A DNA stretch of 64,000 nucleotides from Myxococcales bacterium (GTDB lineage Bacteria; Myxococcota_A; UBA9042; JABWCM01; BTVJ01): assembly GCA_045863395.1 (NCBI GenBank), contig BTVJ01000016.1:50963-114962 (forward strand), given 5' to 3'. This document shows, one piece after another, positions 8,817 to 17,702 of the stretch. Positions within the stretch are counted from its first letter, which is position 1, and every line of letters starts with the position of its first letter. A program made the position numbers and the translations under genes. The notes below the pieces were generated by a model, which had not been told where the DNA came from, did not search any database, and worked only from the letters and a program-made list of their open reading frames with translations.

Positions 8817-10069
8817 TGCGCACCTTCCAGGTCCTGCGCCGCCTCGTCTGGGGCCAGTGGGGGGGCATCGAGACCGTCGTGGTGTCCCTGTCTCGGGCCC
8901 TGCAGCGCGCCGGAGTCGAGACGGAGGTCCTGTGTACGGCGGCCCTCGACCGGCCTGGGGAGGAGGACGCGGACGGCCTCCACATCCGCCGCTTCGCCTA
9001 CAGCTACCTGCGCGCGCCGCTGATGCGCCGAGACCGCGACGCGCTGGATCGGAAGGGGGGCAATCCTCTCGTCCCTGGACTGATTCGAGCGATCCTGAGC
9101 CAGAAGGAGCTGGATCTCGTCGCCTGCCACACCATGGCGCGCATGGGTGGCTCCGTTCGAGCGGCGTGCCGCATGCGTGGCATCCCCTACGTGGTGACGC
9201 TGCATGGCGGCTACTTCCATGTCCCCAAGAACGAGCAGGTCCAGCTCCGGGCGCCTACCCGCCGATCCGTCGACCTGGGGCGCCCCCTCGACCTCGCGTT
9301 TGGGGCCTCGCGCTACCTCGCAGACGCAGCGGCGATCCTCTGCCTTGCCGAGGACGAGCTTCACGCCTGTCGGGAACGACTCCCGGGCGTGCCCTCGTAT
9401 CGGCTGCGCAACGGGGTCGACACGGATCGATTCGCGGGGGCGACGGCCGGGGACGGCCTGAGCTTTCGCCGCCGCCACGGCATCCCGGACGACGCGCCCC
9501 TCGTCCTGTGCCTCGCCCGGGTCGACCCGCAGAAGGGGCAGGACGTCCTCCTGCGCGCAACGGCGCGGCTCATCAGGCGCCACCCCGCGCTGCACGTGGC
9601 GGTCGTCGGCCCGGAGACCGTGGCCTCCTTCGCCGAGGAGCTCCGCAAGGCTGCGGGCGCGGCCGGGCTCGCCGACCGCTTCCGCCTCGTGGGGCCCGTC
9701 GGCTTCTCCGACCCGGCGCTCCCGGGTGCCTACCGGGCCGCCGACATCTTCGTCCTGCCGTCGCGGCACGAGCCCTTCGGGGTCGTCCTCCTCGAGGCGT
9801 GGGCTGCCGGTCGCCCGGTCGTGGCGAGCGCGGTGGGCGGTATCCCAGGGTTCGTCGAGCACGAGCGCACGGGCCTGCTCGTCCCGTCCGACGACGAGGT
9901 CGCCCTCGCGGCGGCGCTGGATCGTGCCCTCGGAGACCCATCCCTGCGGCGCGCCCTGGGGCAGGCCGGGCAGGCGGAGGCCCGAGCGCGCTTCGACTGG
10001 GCAGCCATCACGGCGGAGGTCCGGTCCATCTACGACGACGCGGTGCGGACGACGCGGCGGCGCTGGTAG
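8816..10069 (+). CDS. Glycosyltransferase family 4
   Basis: 'GGIE', 'NGVD', 'ARVDPQKGQD', 'FVLPSRHEPFGVVLLEAWAAG' (EX7E). TGATG coupling at 8814-8818. Confidence 0.92.
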   Translation: MRTFQVLRRLVWGQWGGIETVVVSLSRALQRAGVETEVLCTAALDRPGEEDADGLHIRRFAYSYLRAPLMRRDRDALDRKGGNPLVPGLIRAILSQKELDLVACHTMARMGGSVRAACRMRGIPYVVTLHGGYFHVPKNEQVQLRAPTRRSVDLGRPLDLAFGASRYLADAAAILCLAEDELHACRERLPGVPSYRLRNGVDTDRFAGATAGDGLSFRRRHGIPDDAPLVLCLARVDPQKGQDVLLRATARLIRRHPALHVAVVGPETVASFAEELRKAAGAAGLADRFRLVGPVGFSDPALPGAYRAADIFVLPSRHEPFGVVLLEAWAAGRPVVASAVGGIPGFVEHERTGLLVPSDDEVALAAALDRALGDPSLRRALGQAGQAEARARFDWAAITAEVRSIYDDAVRTTRRRW

Positions 10070-10093
10070 GGTCCTGCGGGACCTGCAGGACCC
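10069..10093 (+). terminator. Stem-loop at end of polysaccharide operon (no U-tract)
   Basis: GGGTCCTGC-gggacct-GCAGGACCC, a 9-bp perfect stem starting at the GT4 stop codon. Confidence 0.4.
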
Positions 10094-10153
10094 AGTGCGG
10101 AATCCGCACGCCCCGCGCCAGCCCTGGGCGCGCCCACAAGGTCCAACTCGCTG

Positions 10154-10167
10154 CAATCACGTGATTG
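10154..10167. promoter_or_regulatory. Perfect 14-bp palindrome, candidate operator upstream of lipoprotein pair
   Basis: CAATCACGTGATTG. An extended -10-like TGcTATCGT lies at about 10197-10205. Confidence 0.4.
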
Positions 10168-10241
10168 TCACCGCCTCCCTGGGTTGGCCTGCGTGTTGCT
10201 ATCGTCGCGAGCAGAGACGCTGCCGCCACGTGGAGGCCGAG

Positions 10242-11375
10242 ATGAGAGCGCGAGTCGCATGGGCCGGCGTCACGGCCCTCCTTGCTGTGGCAGCGTGCGA
10301 CCCAGGTGGCAGTGAGGCGCCCGACGGGTCGCAGCCCCCTCTGGTCGACGCGGTGGACGATACGGACCAGGCAGGCGGCGAGGGGGCTACTGACGCGACG
10401 ACGGGCGCCGACACGGGCGGCGGCCCGGACCTCGGCGCGACACACGACGGCGCCCCTGGCGATGCCTCCGTGGCGCCCGAGGACACGCAGTGGGCGGTGG
10501 GCGACCCGGCGGTCCTGGTCGGCGCCTTCCAGATCGCGCTCGTCCAGCCCGTTCCCGCAACGGCGACCAGCGACGCCGTGCCAGGCTTCACCTCCTTCCT
10601 CGGCAAGGTCTTCGACGGTCCGACCCCGGACACCACGGTGTGGGACCTGGTCTCCGCGGACGGGGGCTGCCGGCTCCTGACGCCGCGCGCGCCATGGTGT
10701 GAAGGTGGGTGTGGCCCCGACGCCTGCGTGGAGGATGGGGTCTGCCACCCGTGGCCCAAGGCCCGGACGGTGGGGACGGTCCAGGTGAGCGGCGTCAAAG
10801 GGCCCGATGGCAAAGCGACGCTCGCCATCGACCCCATCGGGACCTCCTATCAGCCGACGGGGGGCACCCTCCCCTACCCGGCCTTCGGCGCGGGCGACCC
10901 GATCATCGTCGCCGCCGCCGGGAGCGACCTCTGCGGCCCATTCGAGGCGCAGGCGTCGGGGGTCGCGCCCCTGGAGCTGACGTCCGGGCCCGTAGGGATC
11001 GTGCCGGGGACTCCGCTCGCGCTGACCTGGGCAGCGCCGGGACTCACGGTGGGGGCAATGATCCACGTCAAGGTGGACCTCAGCCACCACGGAGGGTCCA
11101 AGGGGCTGCTCCTCTGCGAGGTCGAGGACACCGGGGCGCTGACCGTGCCCCTGGCGCTGTCCGACGGCCTGGTGGCGCTCGGCTACTCGGGGTTTCCGAC
11201 CATCGTGGTCACGCGCCGCTCGACCGGGTCCGCGGTCATCCCCCCCGGGCGCGTGGACGTCGTCGTCTCGTCCGCGGTGGAGCTGCCCGTGTCACTCCCG
11301 GGGCTCACGTCCTGCACCGATGACGCGGACTGTCCCCCTGGAGAGGCGTGCCAGTTCGACTTGAAGTGCCAATAG
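10242..11375 (+). CDS. Lipoprotein of unknown function (Cys-containing beta-rich domain); paralog of 16583..17629
   Basis: GGAGG RBS, signal peptide with lipobox VAAC, D/G/A/T-rich linker, 'HHGG...LLCEVEDTG', C-terminal 'CTDDADCPPGEAC' Cys repeat. Confidence 0.75.
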   Translation: MRARVAWAGVTALLAVAACDPGGSEAPDGSQPPLVDAVDDTDQAGGEGATDATTGADTGGGPDLGATHDGAPGDASVAPEDTQWAVGDPAVLVGAFQIALVQPVPATATSDAVPGFTSFLGKVFDGPTPDTTVWDLVSADGGCRLLTPRAPWCEGGCGPDACVEDGVCHPWPKARTVGTVQVSGVKGPDGKATLAIDPIGTSYQPTGGTLPYPAFGAGDPIIVAAAGSDLCGPFEAQASGVAPLELTSGPVGIVPGTPLALTWAAPGLTVGAMIHVKVDLSHHGGSKGLLLCEVEDTGALTVPLALSDGLVALGYSGFPTIVVTRRSTGSAVIPPGRVDVVVSSAVELPVSLPGLTSCTDDADCPPGEACQFDLKCQ

Positions 11376-11434
11376 GGAGGTGCCGGCGGGTGCCGCACCT
11401 GGAGCCTGATCAACTTGGATTGGGAGACTCGGCG

Positions 11435-12607
11435 ATGAGAGACGCGACGAGGGCGGTGGTGGTTGCCGCGCTCCTGTTCGGTGCGTGCGACGGCGACGGA
11501 GCGGACGCCGGCCTCGGCGTGGACGGATCGGCCTTCGAGGGGGCCGATGGGGCGGCCGGGGACGCGGGCGGCGGCGAGGCGACGGGCGGAGAATCCGGGG
11601 GCGGCAAGCCGGCGGCGGACGCGCAGGGGAGTGTGAGCGACTCCCAGGCGGGATCCGCGGGCGGGGGAGCGGGTGACGCCCCAACCGGAGCGGGAGGAGA
11701 CTCCACCGGCGACCCGGCCGCTGACGCAGGCACGGCCAGCGGCGGAGCGGGCGGGACGGACACCAGTCCAGGCGGGACCTCAGACGGCGGAGCCAGCGGC
11801 GGCACGGCGGACGCGGGCGCGACGGCCGACCTCCCCCACTTCAGCTTCTTCGTGACGAGCTACGAGTCCATCCAGGAGCTGTCGGGCAGCGTCAACGGCT
11901 TCGGTGGCGACCTGCGGTTCGGGGAGAGCGGGCCCGGGGCTGGGCTCCGGGGAGCGGACGCCATGTGCGCCGTCATCGCGGAGATGAGCATGCCCGGCGC
12001 GGCCGCCAAGCAGTGGCGCGCCTTCCTGAGCGTGACCGCCGACGAGAGCGGCGCGCAGGTGGACGCCATCGACCGGGTCGGCGAGGGGCCCTGGTACGAC
12101 CGCGTCGGGCGGCTCGTGGCCCTGACCAAGGCGGATCTCATCAGCGAGCGCCCGAAGGGGGCGGACGCGGCCATCCTCAACGACCTGCCCAACGAGTGGG
12201 GGGTGCCGAACCACCAGCCAGACCCCACCAAACCCAAGGTGGACAACCACGACACGCTGACCGGCAGCAACGCGCAGGGCAGGCTCTTCAGCGCCACGGC
12301 CACATGCAAGGACTGGACGACCTCTGATGGGTCGACCGCCAACGGGAAACCGCGCGTGGGGCACACCTGGCCCACGCAGACGGGAGGGGGCGGCCCCGGA
12401 GGGGGCCCCGGCGGAGGCAAGCCGGGCGGCGGGGGCGGCCCCAGCGGCGGCGACGGCAGCATGGCGCACTGGATCTCCGCCCTCAACGAAGCGGGCTGCG
12501 GCGCGGGCGTGAATCTCATCGAGTCGGGCGGGCCACCGCCAGGATCCACCACCGTCGGGGCCGGTGGCGGGTACGGCGGCTTCTACTGCTTCGCGCTGAT
12601 GCCCTGA
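11435..12607 (+). CDS. Lipoprotein with endostatin/DUF1554-like C-terminal domain
   Basis: Lipobox FGAC, long Gly/Asp linker, then 'FSFFVTS...GGDL...GLRGADAMC...WRAFLS...DAIDRVGEGPWY...HDTLTGS...CKDWT...FYCFA'. Confidence 0.7.
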   Translation: MRDATRAVVVAALLFGACDGDGADAGLGVDGSAFEGADGAAGDAGGGEATGGESGGGKPAADAQGSVSDSQAGSAGGGAGDAPTGAGGDSTGDPAADAGTASGGAGGTDTSPGGTSDGGASGGTADAGATADLPHFSFFVTSYESIQELSGSVNGFGGDLRFGESGPGAGLRGADAMCAVIAEMSMPGAAAKQWRAFLSVTADESGAQVDAIDRVGEGPWYDRVGRLVALTKADLISERPKGADAAILNDLPNEWGVPNHQPDPTKPKVDNHDTLTGSNAQGRLFSATATCKDWTTSDGSTANGKPRVGHTWPTQTGGGGPGGGPGGGKPGGGGGPSGGDGSMAHWISALNEAGCGAGVNLIESGGPPPGSTTVGAGGGYGGFYCFALMP

Positions 12608-12608
12608 G

Positions 12609-13670
12609 TCACGCGACGGGGACGACGAAGAGGTCCTGCGCCGGCAGCCCCACCACCCCGTCGGTGCCCACCCTCAGCGCCAGCTTCCGCGCCACGCGGG
12701 CGCCGACCTTGATCTCGAGGGTCGCCCCCGTCGCCGCGAGAAAGCGCAGGTGCGCGGACTCGCCCAGATCGAGCACCGCCTCGTAGCGCCCCTGGAGCAG
12801 GGCCTCGTCGGGCCTCGGCGGCTCCCCGGGGACACGGAGTGCCACGTGCTCCGAGCGGATGCCGACCAGACAGGTGCCACGCGAGAGGGGGCCGGGAACC
12901 CGGAGTGCGCCGCCGAGGGGTGCGCAGTCGACCGCGTCAGGCCGCGTGACTTGCGCAGGAAACAGATTCTTGATTCCCAGAAAGCGCGCCACGCCTTCCG
13001 TGGCGGGACGGCGGTAGACAGACTCCCGAGCTCCCTGCTGTTGTGCGCACCCGGCAATCAGGACCGTGATCTGTGCGGCCAGGACGTAGGCCTCGCTCAG
13101 ATCGTGCGTGATGAGAACCACGGTCAGGCCCCGCTCGTGGCGGAGCCCGTCGAGGAGCCACCACAGCTCGCGGCGGAGGGTCTCGTTGAGCGCTGCAAAC
13201 GGCTCGTCGAGCAACACGATGCGCGGGTCCGCCACCAGCGCGCGCACCAGCGCCACGCGCTGTCGCTCTCCGCCGGACAGCGTGCCCGGGTAACGCCCCA
13301 GCAGGGGGGCGATGCCCGTCGCCTCGACGAGGCGCGATACGTGAGGATCGGCCTCCGAGAGTCGGTGGCCGCGAGCGCGAGCGCTGTACGCGAGATTCTC
13401 CCGCACGGAGAGGTGCGGAAACAGGCCGAGGGTCTGGGGTACGTAGCCCATGCGTCGGCGCTCCATGGGCCACTCGGTCACGTCGTCCCCGCCGAGGCGG
13501 ACCCGCCCCGCGAGGAGGGGCGCGGCCCCCAGGATCGCCCGCAGCAGCGTGGTCTTGCCCGATCCGGACGGCCCAAGCACGGCGTGACACTGCCCGGACG
13601 GCACGTCGAGCGAAACGTCGTGAAGCGTGAAGGCACCGGCGCGGGCCTGGAGTCCCCGGACGTCAAGCAT
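12609..13670 (-). CDS. modC: Molybdate/tungstate ABC transporter ATP-binding subunit with TOBE-like tail
   Basis: Walker A GPSGSGKT, LSGGERQR signature, LLDEPF, 'ITHD'; follows modAB. Confidence 0.85.
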   Translation of the reverse strand: MLDVRGLQARAGAFTLHDVSLDVPSGQCHAVLGPSGSGKTTLLRAILGAAPLLAGRVRLGGDDVTEWPMERRRMGYVPQTLGLFPHLSVRENLAYSARARGHRLSEADPHVSRLVEATGIAPLLGRYPGTLSGGERQRVALVRALVADPRIVLLDEPFAALNETLRRELWWLLDGLRHERGLTVVLITHDLSEAYVLAAQITVLIAGCAQQQGARESVYRRPATEGVARFLGIKNLFPAQVTRPDAVDCAPLGGALRVPGPLSRGTCLVGIRSEHVALRVPGEPPRPDEALLQGRYEAVLDLGESAHLRFLAATGATLEIKVGARVARKLALRVGTDGVVGLPAQDLFVVPVA

Positions 13671-14457
13671 GGGCTGGGCTCCGAAGGAGGCGCCGCGCGA
13701 CGAAGAGCGAACCGAGGCCGATGGTGACCAGCACGAGGATCAGCGCAACGGTCCCCTCGATGTCGGCGGTGGACAGGCGCAGGAAGATGGCGACGGGCAG
13801 GGTCTCCGTGCGCATGGCCATGGTGCCGGCAACCATCAGGGTCGCCCCGAACTCTCCCATCGCCTTGGCCCAGGCCAGGATGAGGGCCGCCACCATGCCA
13901 CGGCGCGCAAGCGGCAGGGTGACCGTGAAGAACACGTGGCGTGGGCTCGCGCCGAGGGTCCGGGCGACGGTCTCCAGCTCTGCCGGGACCTCGTCGAAGG
14001 CCGCCTTGAGCATGCGCACGGCGACGCCCAGGATGGTGACGAGCTGCGCCAGCACGATGCCCGCAAACGTGAACACGAAGCGGACCACGCTCTGCTGCAC
14101 CCACTCACCGAGCGGATTGTTGAAGAAGATCAGAAGGATGGCGCCAAGCGCCGCCGGTGAGACGATGATGGGAAACTCCAAGAGGGTCTCCACCGCCTCC
14201 TTGCCGCGAAACGAGTAGCGGGACAAGGCGTAGGCCGCGGGGACCGCGATCACCAGGGCGATGACGGTGGCCACCGTCGCCGCGAGCAGGGACAGACGCA
14301 CTGAGAACAGCGTCCGCTCCGACGTCAACGTCGAGGAGAGGGTGTCTCCGTCGAGGAACCACGTCAGAGAGAGGATCAGGCCCCCATACAGGGCGAGCAC
14401 TGCCAGCGCGGCGGCGATGCTGGTGCGGCGGAGGCTCACCGCGGGCCGGTCAGCCAC
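13663..14457 (-). CDS. modB: Molybdate ABC transporter permease
   Basis: 'EFPIIVSP', EAA loop 'ELETVARTLGAS', 'WAKAMGEFGAT', 'TETLP'. GTG start at 14457 overlaps the modA end. Confidence 0.85.
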   Translation of the reverse strand: MADRPAVSLRRTSIAAALAVLALYGGLILSLTWFLDGDTLSSTLTSERTLFSVRLSLLAATVATVIALVIAVPAAYALSRYSFRGKEAVETLLEFPIIVSPAALGAILLIFFNNPLGEWVQQSVVRFVFTFAGIVLAQLVTILGVAVRMLKAAFDEVPAELETVARTLGASPRHVFFTVTLPLARRGMVAALILAWAKAMGEFGATLMVAGTMAMRTETLPVAIFLRLSTADIEGTVALILVLVTIGLGSLFVARRLLRSPAHA

Positions 14458-15341
14458 GATGAGGGGACCTTGAACTCGCCGCCGACGGGGCGCTCGGCCC
14501 CGAGCCACGCGGTGGCATCCTTGGCGCTCGCGAAGTAGTGGTGTCTCGCGAAGATCGCCTGTCCCTCCGTCCCCGCCAGGAAGTCGATGAACCGCTGGGC
14601 GGCTGCCCGGTCCTTGGTGAACCGGGAGATGGCGACGGGAATGTACCCGATCCTGGGAACCTGTGCGGCAGATAGACGGACTGTCTCGATTCGCTCGGGG
14701 TCCCAGTGCTCGAAGACGCTCCACCCGATGACCGCGTCGGCCATCTTCAGGGAGATGGCCGTGGCGGTCTTCTCGCAGGACTCGGTATAGTTGATCAGAT
14801 TCTTGCGGAAGGCGGACCGCTCCTCGGGGGTGAACTCACGCTCGATGATCTCCACGGCGAAGGCCCCGACACAGACACCCTCCGGGTTGGCGATGGCCAC
14901 CCGCAGCCCGGGCCGGGTCAGATCCCTCAGTGTGCGGATCCCGTGGGGATTCCCCCGCTGCACGTTGATGGCAGAGACCAGGTAGACGATGACCCGCTCC
15001 GTCTCCGGGAGGACGTCTCCGTCCCGCTTGGCCTTCTCCATGTAGTCCGACGACCCTGGGAAGTAGATGTCCCCCTCCTTCGCGAGCTTCATCTGGGCCA
15101 GGACGGTGCCCGAGCCGCCGAAGATGACGTCCAGCTTCACGCCGGTCGCCTGCTCGTAGGCCCGGACCGCCTCCTCCGTCGGCGGCTTGGAGGCCGCACC
15201 AGCGTAGACGAGGAGCCGCGCGGGCGCGTCGGGGGTGGACGGAGACGCTCCACTCCGGCTGCACGCGGGGGTGAGGGCGGCGATGACGATTGCCAGGGCA
15301 GCGAGGGGCATCGGCGCGGGTCTCCAAGTCGCTCGATTCAC
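14436..15341 (-). CDS. modA: Molybdate/tungstate-binding periplasmic lipoprotein
   Basis: Lipobox-like TPAC; 'VYAGAASKPP', 'FGGSG', 'GDIYFPGS', 'GNPHGIRTLRDL', 'VAIANP'. Confidence 0.85.
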   Translation of the reverse strand: MNRATWRPAPMPLAALAIVIAALTPACSRSGASPSTPDAPARLLVYAGAASKPPTEEAVRAYEQATGVKLDVIFGGSGTVLAQMKLAKEGDIYFPGSSDYMEKAKRDGDVLPETERVIVYLVSAINVQRGNPHGIRTLRDLTRPGLRVAIANPEGVCVGAFAVEIIEREFTPEERSAFRKNLINYTESCEKTATAISLKMADAVIGWSVFEHWDPERIETVRLSAAQVPRIGYIPVAISRFTKDRAAAQRFIDFLAGTEGQAIFARHHYFASAKDATAWLGAERPVGGEFKVPSSWLTGPR

Positions 15342-15372
15342 AGCGGTTGTCCTTGTGTCGAAGCGATCATCG

Positions 15373-16464
15373 TCACGCCGCCTCTACGTCCGCCACACGC
15401 CGCCCGGTCTCCGCCAGGTCGTAGCCCAGGGCAGACAGCTCGCGACGGACGGGCGCCGACACGAGCGCGTCGAGGAGGCGCTCCACGCGCCCATCGGTGA
15501 GCAGGGACCGTGGAAGCACCAGGTCGTACCGCTCCTCGGCGAGCGGCAGGAACCGGAGCCCGAAGGCCATGGCCGCGTCCCGGGTCGCCACCCCCACGTC
15601 CGCGGCGCCCATGACCACCGCGCGGGCCACCTCCAGGTGCCCGGGGGCCCGCAGCGGCGTATCGGCGAGCGTGACAGGGAGGCCCGTGGCCCGAAGCTCG
15701 CGCTCCAGCAGACGCTGGGCCCCGGCGCCGCCCTCACGCCCCACGAGCCGGACGCCGGGATGCGCCAGGTCCGCCACGGAGCGCGCGCCCTCGGCGCCCC
15801 CCCGTGTGACGAGCCCCGCCTCCCACCGCGCCAGGGTCACCAGGGTCAATGCGTCCCGCGCGCCGAGCCGGCGAACGTCGGCGACGTTGGCGTCGCCAGA
15901 GCCGGTGTCCGCCAGGTGGACACCTGCGACGTGCGTCTCTCCACGGGCCAGGGCGGCCAGCGCGGCACCGCTCGACGAGGCGAACCAGAGGAGGCGCCCG
16001 ATGCCACGCCCGTTGAGCCGGTCCGCCAGCAGGCCCAGGGCAGCCGCGCAGCCCATCACGACCAGGTTCTGCGCTGCGTCGGCGAGCGGTCGCATGGGCT
16101 CGACGATCACCGCGGCGCCTCGCGTCGAGACGACGAAGCCGTCGGCGGACAGGCGCAGCCCGTCTCCCCCGAGAGGCAGGGACACCCACCGCCCGCCGAC
16201 GTGGGCGAGGGCGACCCGCCCCAACGAGCCGGGCACGGCAGAGGCCATCTCGATGGCCTCGTGAGGCGCGCCGAACAGCTCCTCCACGCGACAGCCGAGG
16301 GCCCCCGCGATGCGCAAGGCCACGTCGACGCCAGGCACCGCTCGCCCCGCCTCGATGGCCCCGACGCTCTGCCGCGACAGGGAGACCAGCTCGGCGAGGC
16401 GCCCCTGCGAGACCCCCCGCTCCTCTCGCACCCGCCGCACCCGGTTTGACTCACGACCAGCCAT
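15373..16464 (-). CDS. XRE-family HTH fused to PBP-superfamily (molybdate-binding-like) domain; probable mod operon regulator
   Basis: N-terminal 'VRRVREERGVSQGRLAELVSLSRQSVGAIEAG...P'; C-terminal 'SSGAAL..L..GETHVAGVHL', 'REGGAGAQRL', 'HLEVA', 'FLPLAEERYDL'. Start 16464 or 16473. Confidence 0.8.
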   Translation of the reverse strand: MAGRESNRVRRVREERGVSQGRLAELVSLSRQSVGAIEAGRAVPGVDVALRIAGALGCRVEELFGAPHEAIEMASAVPGSLGRVALAHVGGRWVSLPLGGDGLRLSADGFVVSTRGAAVIVEPMRPLADAAQNLVVMGCAAALGLLADRLNGRGIGRLLWFASSSGAALAALARGETHVAGVHLADTGSGDANVADVRRLGARDALTLVTLARWEAGLVTRGGAEGARSVADLAHPGVRLVGREGGAGAQRLLERELRATGLPVTLADTPLRAPGHLEVARAVVMGAADVGVATRDAAMAFGLRFLPLAEERYDLVLPRSLLTDGRVERLLDALVSAPVRRELSALGYDLAETGRRVADVEAA

Positions 16465-16582
16465 GGAAAGCATGCTTTACATCATGACGCGCATACGTGC
16501 AAGCCCCTCCCTCTCCTCGGCGGCCTCCCATTGGGCATGTGGTGGGTGTACCATGGCCCCGATGGGCGGAGAGGAGGCTCGC

Positions 16583-17629
16583 ATGAAGCTCGGTTGGACT
16601 CGCTGGTACGGGGCACTGTGCTTCGCCGGGTGTACCGCCGGGTCAGGCACGACCCAGGGCACGGACGGGAGCTCCGTGGGAGACACGGCCATCACGACGG
16701 ACGCGGGCGCGGAGACCGCCGGCGGGGACGGCGCCGGCGGGGACGGCGCCGGCGGGGACGGCGCGGGCGCCTCAGATGCGCCCCATGACGACGCGGTCGC
16801 CGATGCATCCTCCACCCTGGATGGAGCCGCGGACGGGAGCCCGGGGCTCGACGGCGCTCCCGCCGTGGACGCCGGTCCCGATGCGCGCCTCCTGCTGGTG
16901 GCGGTCCAGGAGTCAAGCAGCCCTGGCAACGAGGGCTACGCCTTCGCCTGGGTGGAGAACCCACCCTTCCACATCCCGCTCGGTCCGGCCACGCTGGTCC
17001 GCGGGGACTGCGCGTATCACCCGGCCCTCGTGCCGGTCCCGTGCGAGCCCGTGTGCCAGGCCCCCACGTTCTGCGGCCTCGATGGCACCTGCCAGATGCA
17101 CGAGGAGCGCTTCGACGCCGGCGCGATCACCATCGCTGGACTCAAGTCAGCCGTGACGCTGGTCGCAAGCGGGCCGTACCACTACTACAGCGCCGCGCTG
17201 GACCCTGAGCCCGCCGGCGGCGAGCTGTTCGACGCAGGCACCCTCATCACCGCCACGGGCCCGGGCACTGCGCAGTTTCCCCCCTTCGTGGCCGCTGGCA
17301 CCGGCGTCGCAGACATGGAGACTCCCCTCCCGTGCGCCCTCGATCCCCAACCCGGGGAGGACCTGCTGGTCACCTGGACCCCCGGGGACACCCCATCCGT
17401 CCGCTTCCAGATGCAGAGCGGCAACCACGGGGAGCAGTTCAGCCACATCATGTGCGAGGCTCCAGACACCGGCGGGCTCATCGTGGACGGAGAGCTGCTC
17501 ACGCTGTACCTGGCCGACTGGCACCCGCTGGAGTCGTGGCGCCTCAGCCGAACGGTCACCCAGGAGACGACCCTGCCGGGCGCCCGGGTGCGCGTGGTGG
17601 CCGGGAGCACCGCAGGGTGCAACTACTGA
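16583..17629 (+). CDS. Lipoprotein of unknown function; paralog of 10242..11375
   Basis: GAGGAGG RBS, lipobox FAGC, acidic linker, 'PCEPVC...CGLDGTC', 'GNHG...IMCEAPDTG'. Confidence 0.75.
   Translation: MKLGWTRWYGALCFAGCTAGSGTTQGTDGSSVGDTAITTDAGAETAGGDGAGGDGAGGDGAGASDAPHDDAVADASSTLDGAADGSPGLDGAPAVDAGPDARLLLVAVQESSSPGNEGYAFAWVENPPFHIPLGPATLVRGDCAYHPALVPVPCEPVCQAPTFCGLDGTCQMHEERFDAGAITIAGLKSAVTLVASGPYHYYSAALDPEPAGGELFDAGTLITATGPGTAQFPPFVAAGTGVADMETPLPCALDPQPGEDLLVTWTPGDTPSVRFQMQSGNHGEQFSHIMCEAPDTGGLIVDGELLTLYLADWHPLESWRLSRTVTQETTLPGARVRVVAGSTAGCNY
16718..16762 (+). repeat. 15-bp tandem repeat x3 (GCCGGCGGGGACGGC; encodes AGGDG) in lipoprotein linker
   Basis: Three exact copies read directly from the sequence. 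Confidence 0.8.
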
Positions 17630-17702
17630 GACGGAGGGATGAGGGCCGCCCCACGGGGGCGCCGTGCCCGTCCTGAAAAGTGACCCAGGTGGGCGGGAGA
17701 GG

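Noticed and set aside
12609..16473. mod cassette as a mobile element
   Set aside because: I saw no integrase, transposase, terminal repeats or target duplication. Insertion remains only a hypothesis from gene arrangement.
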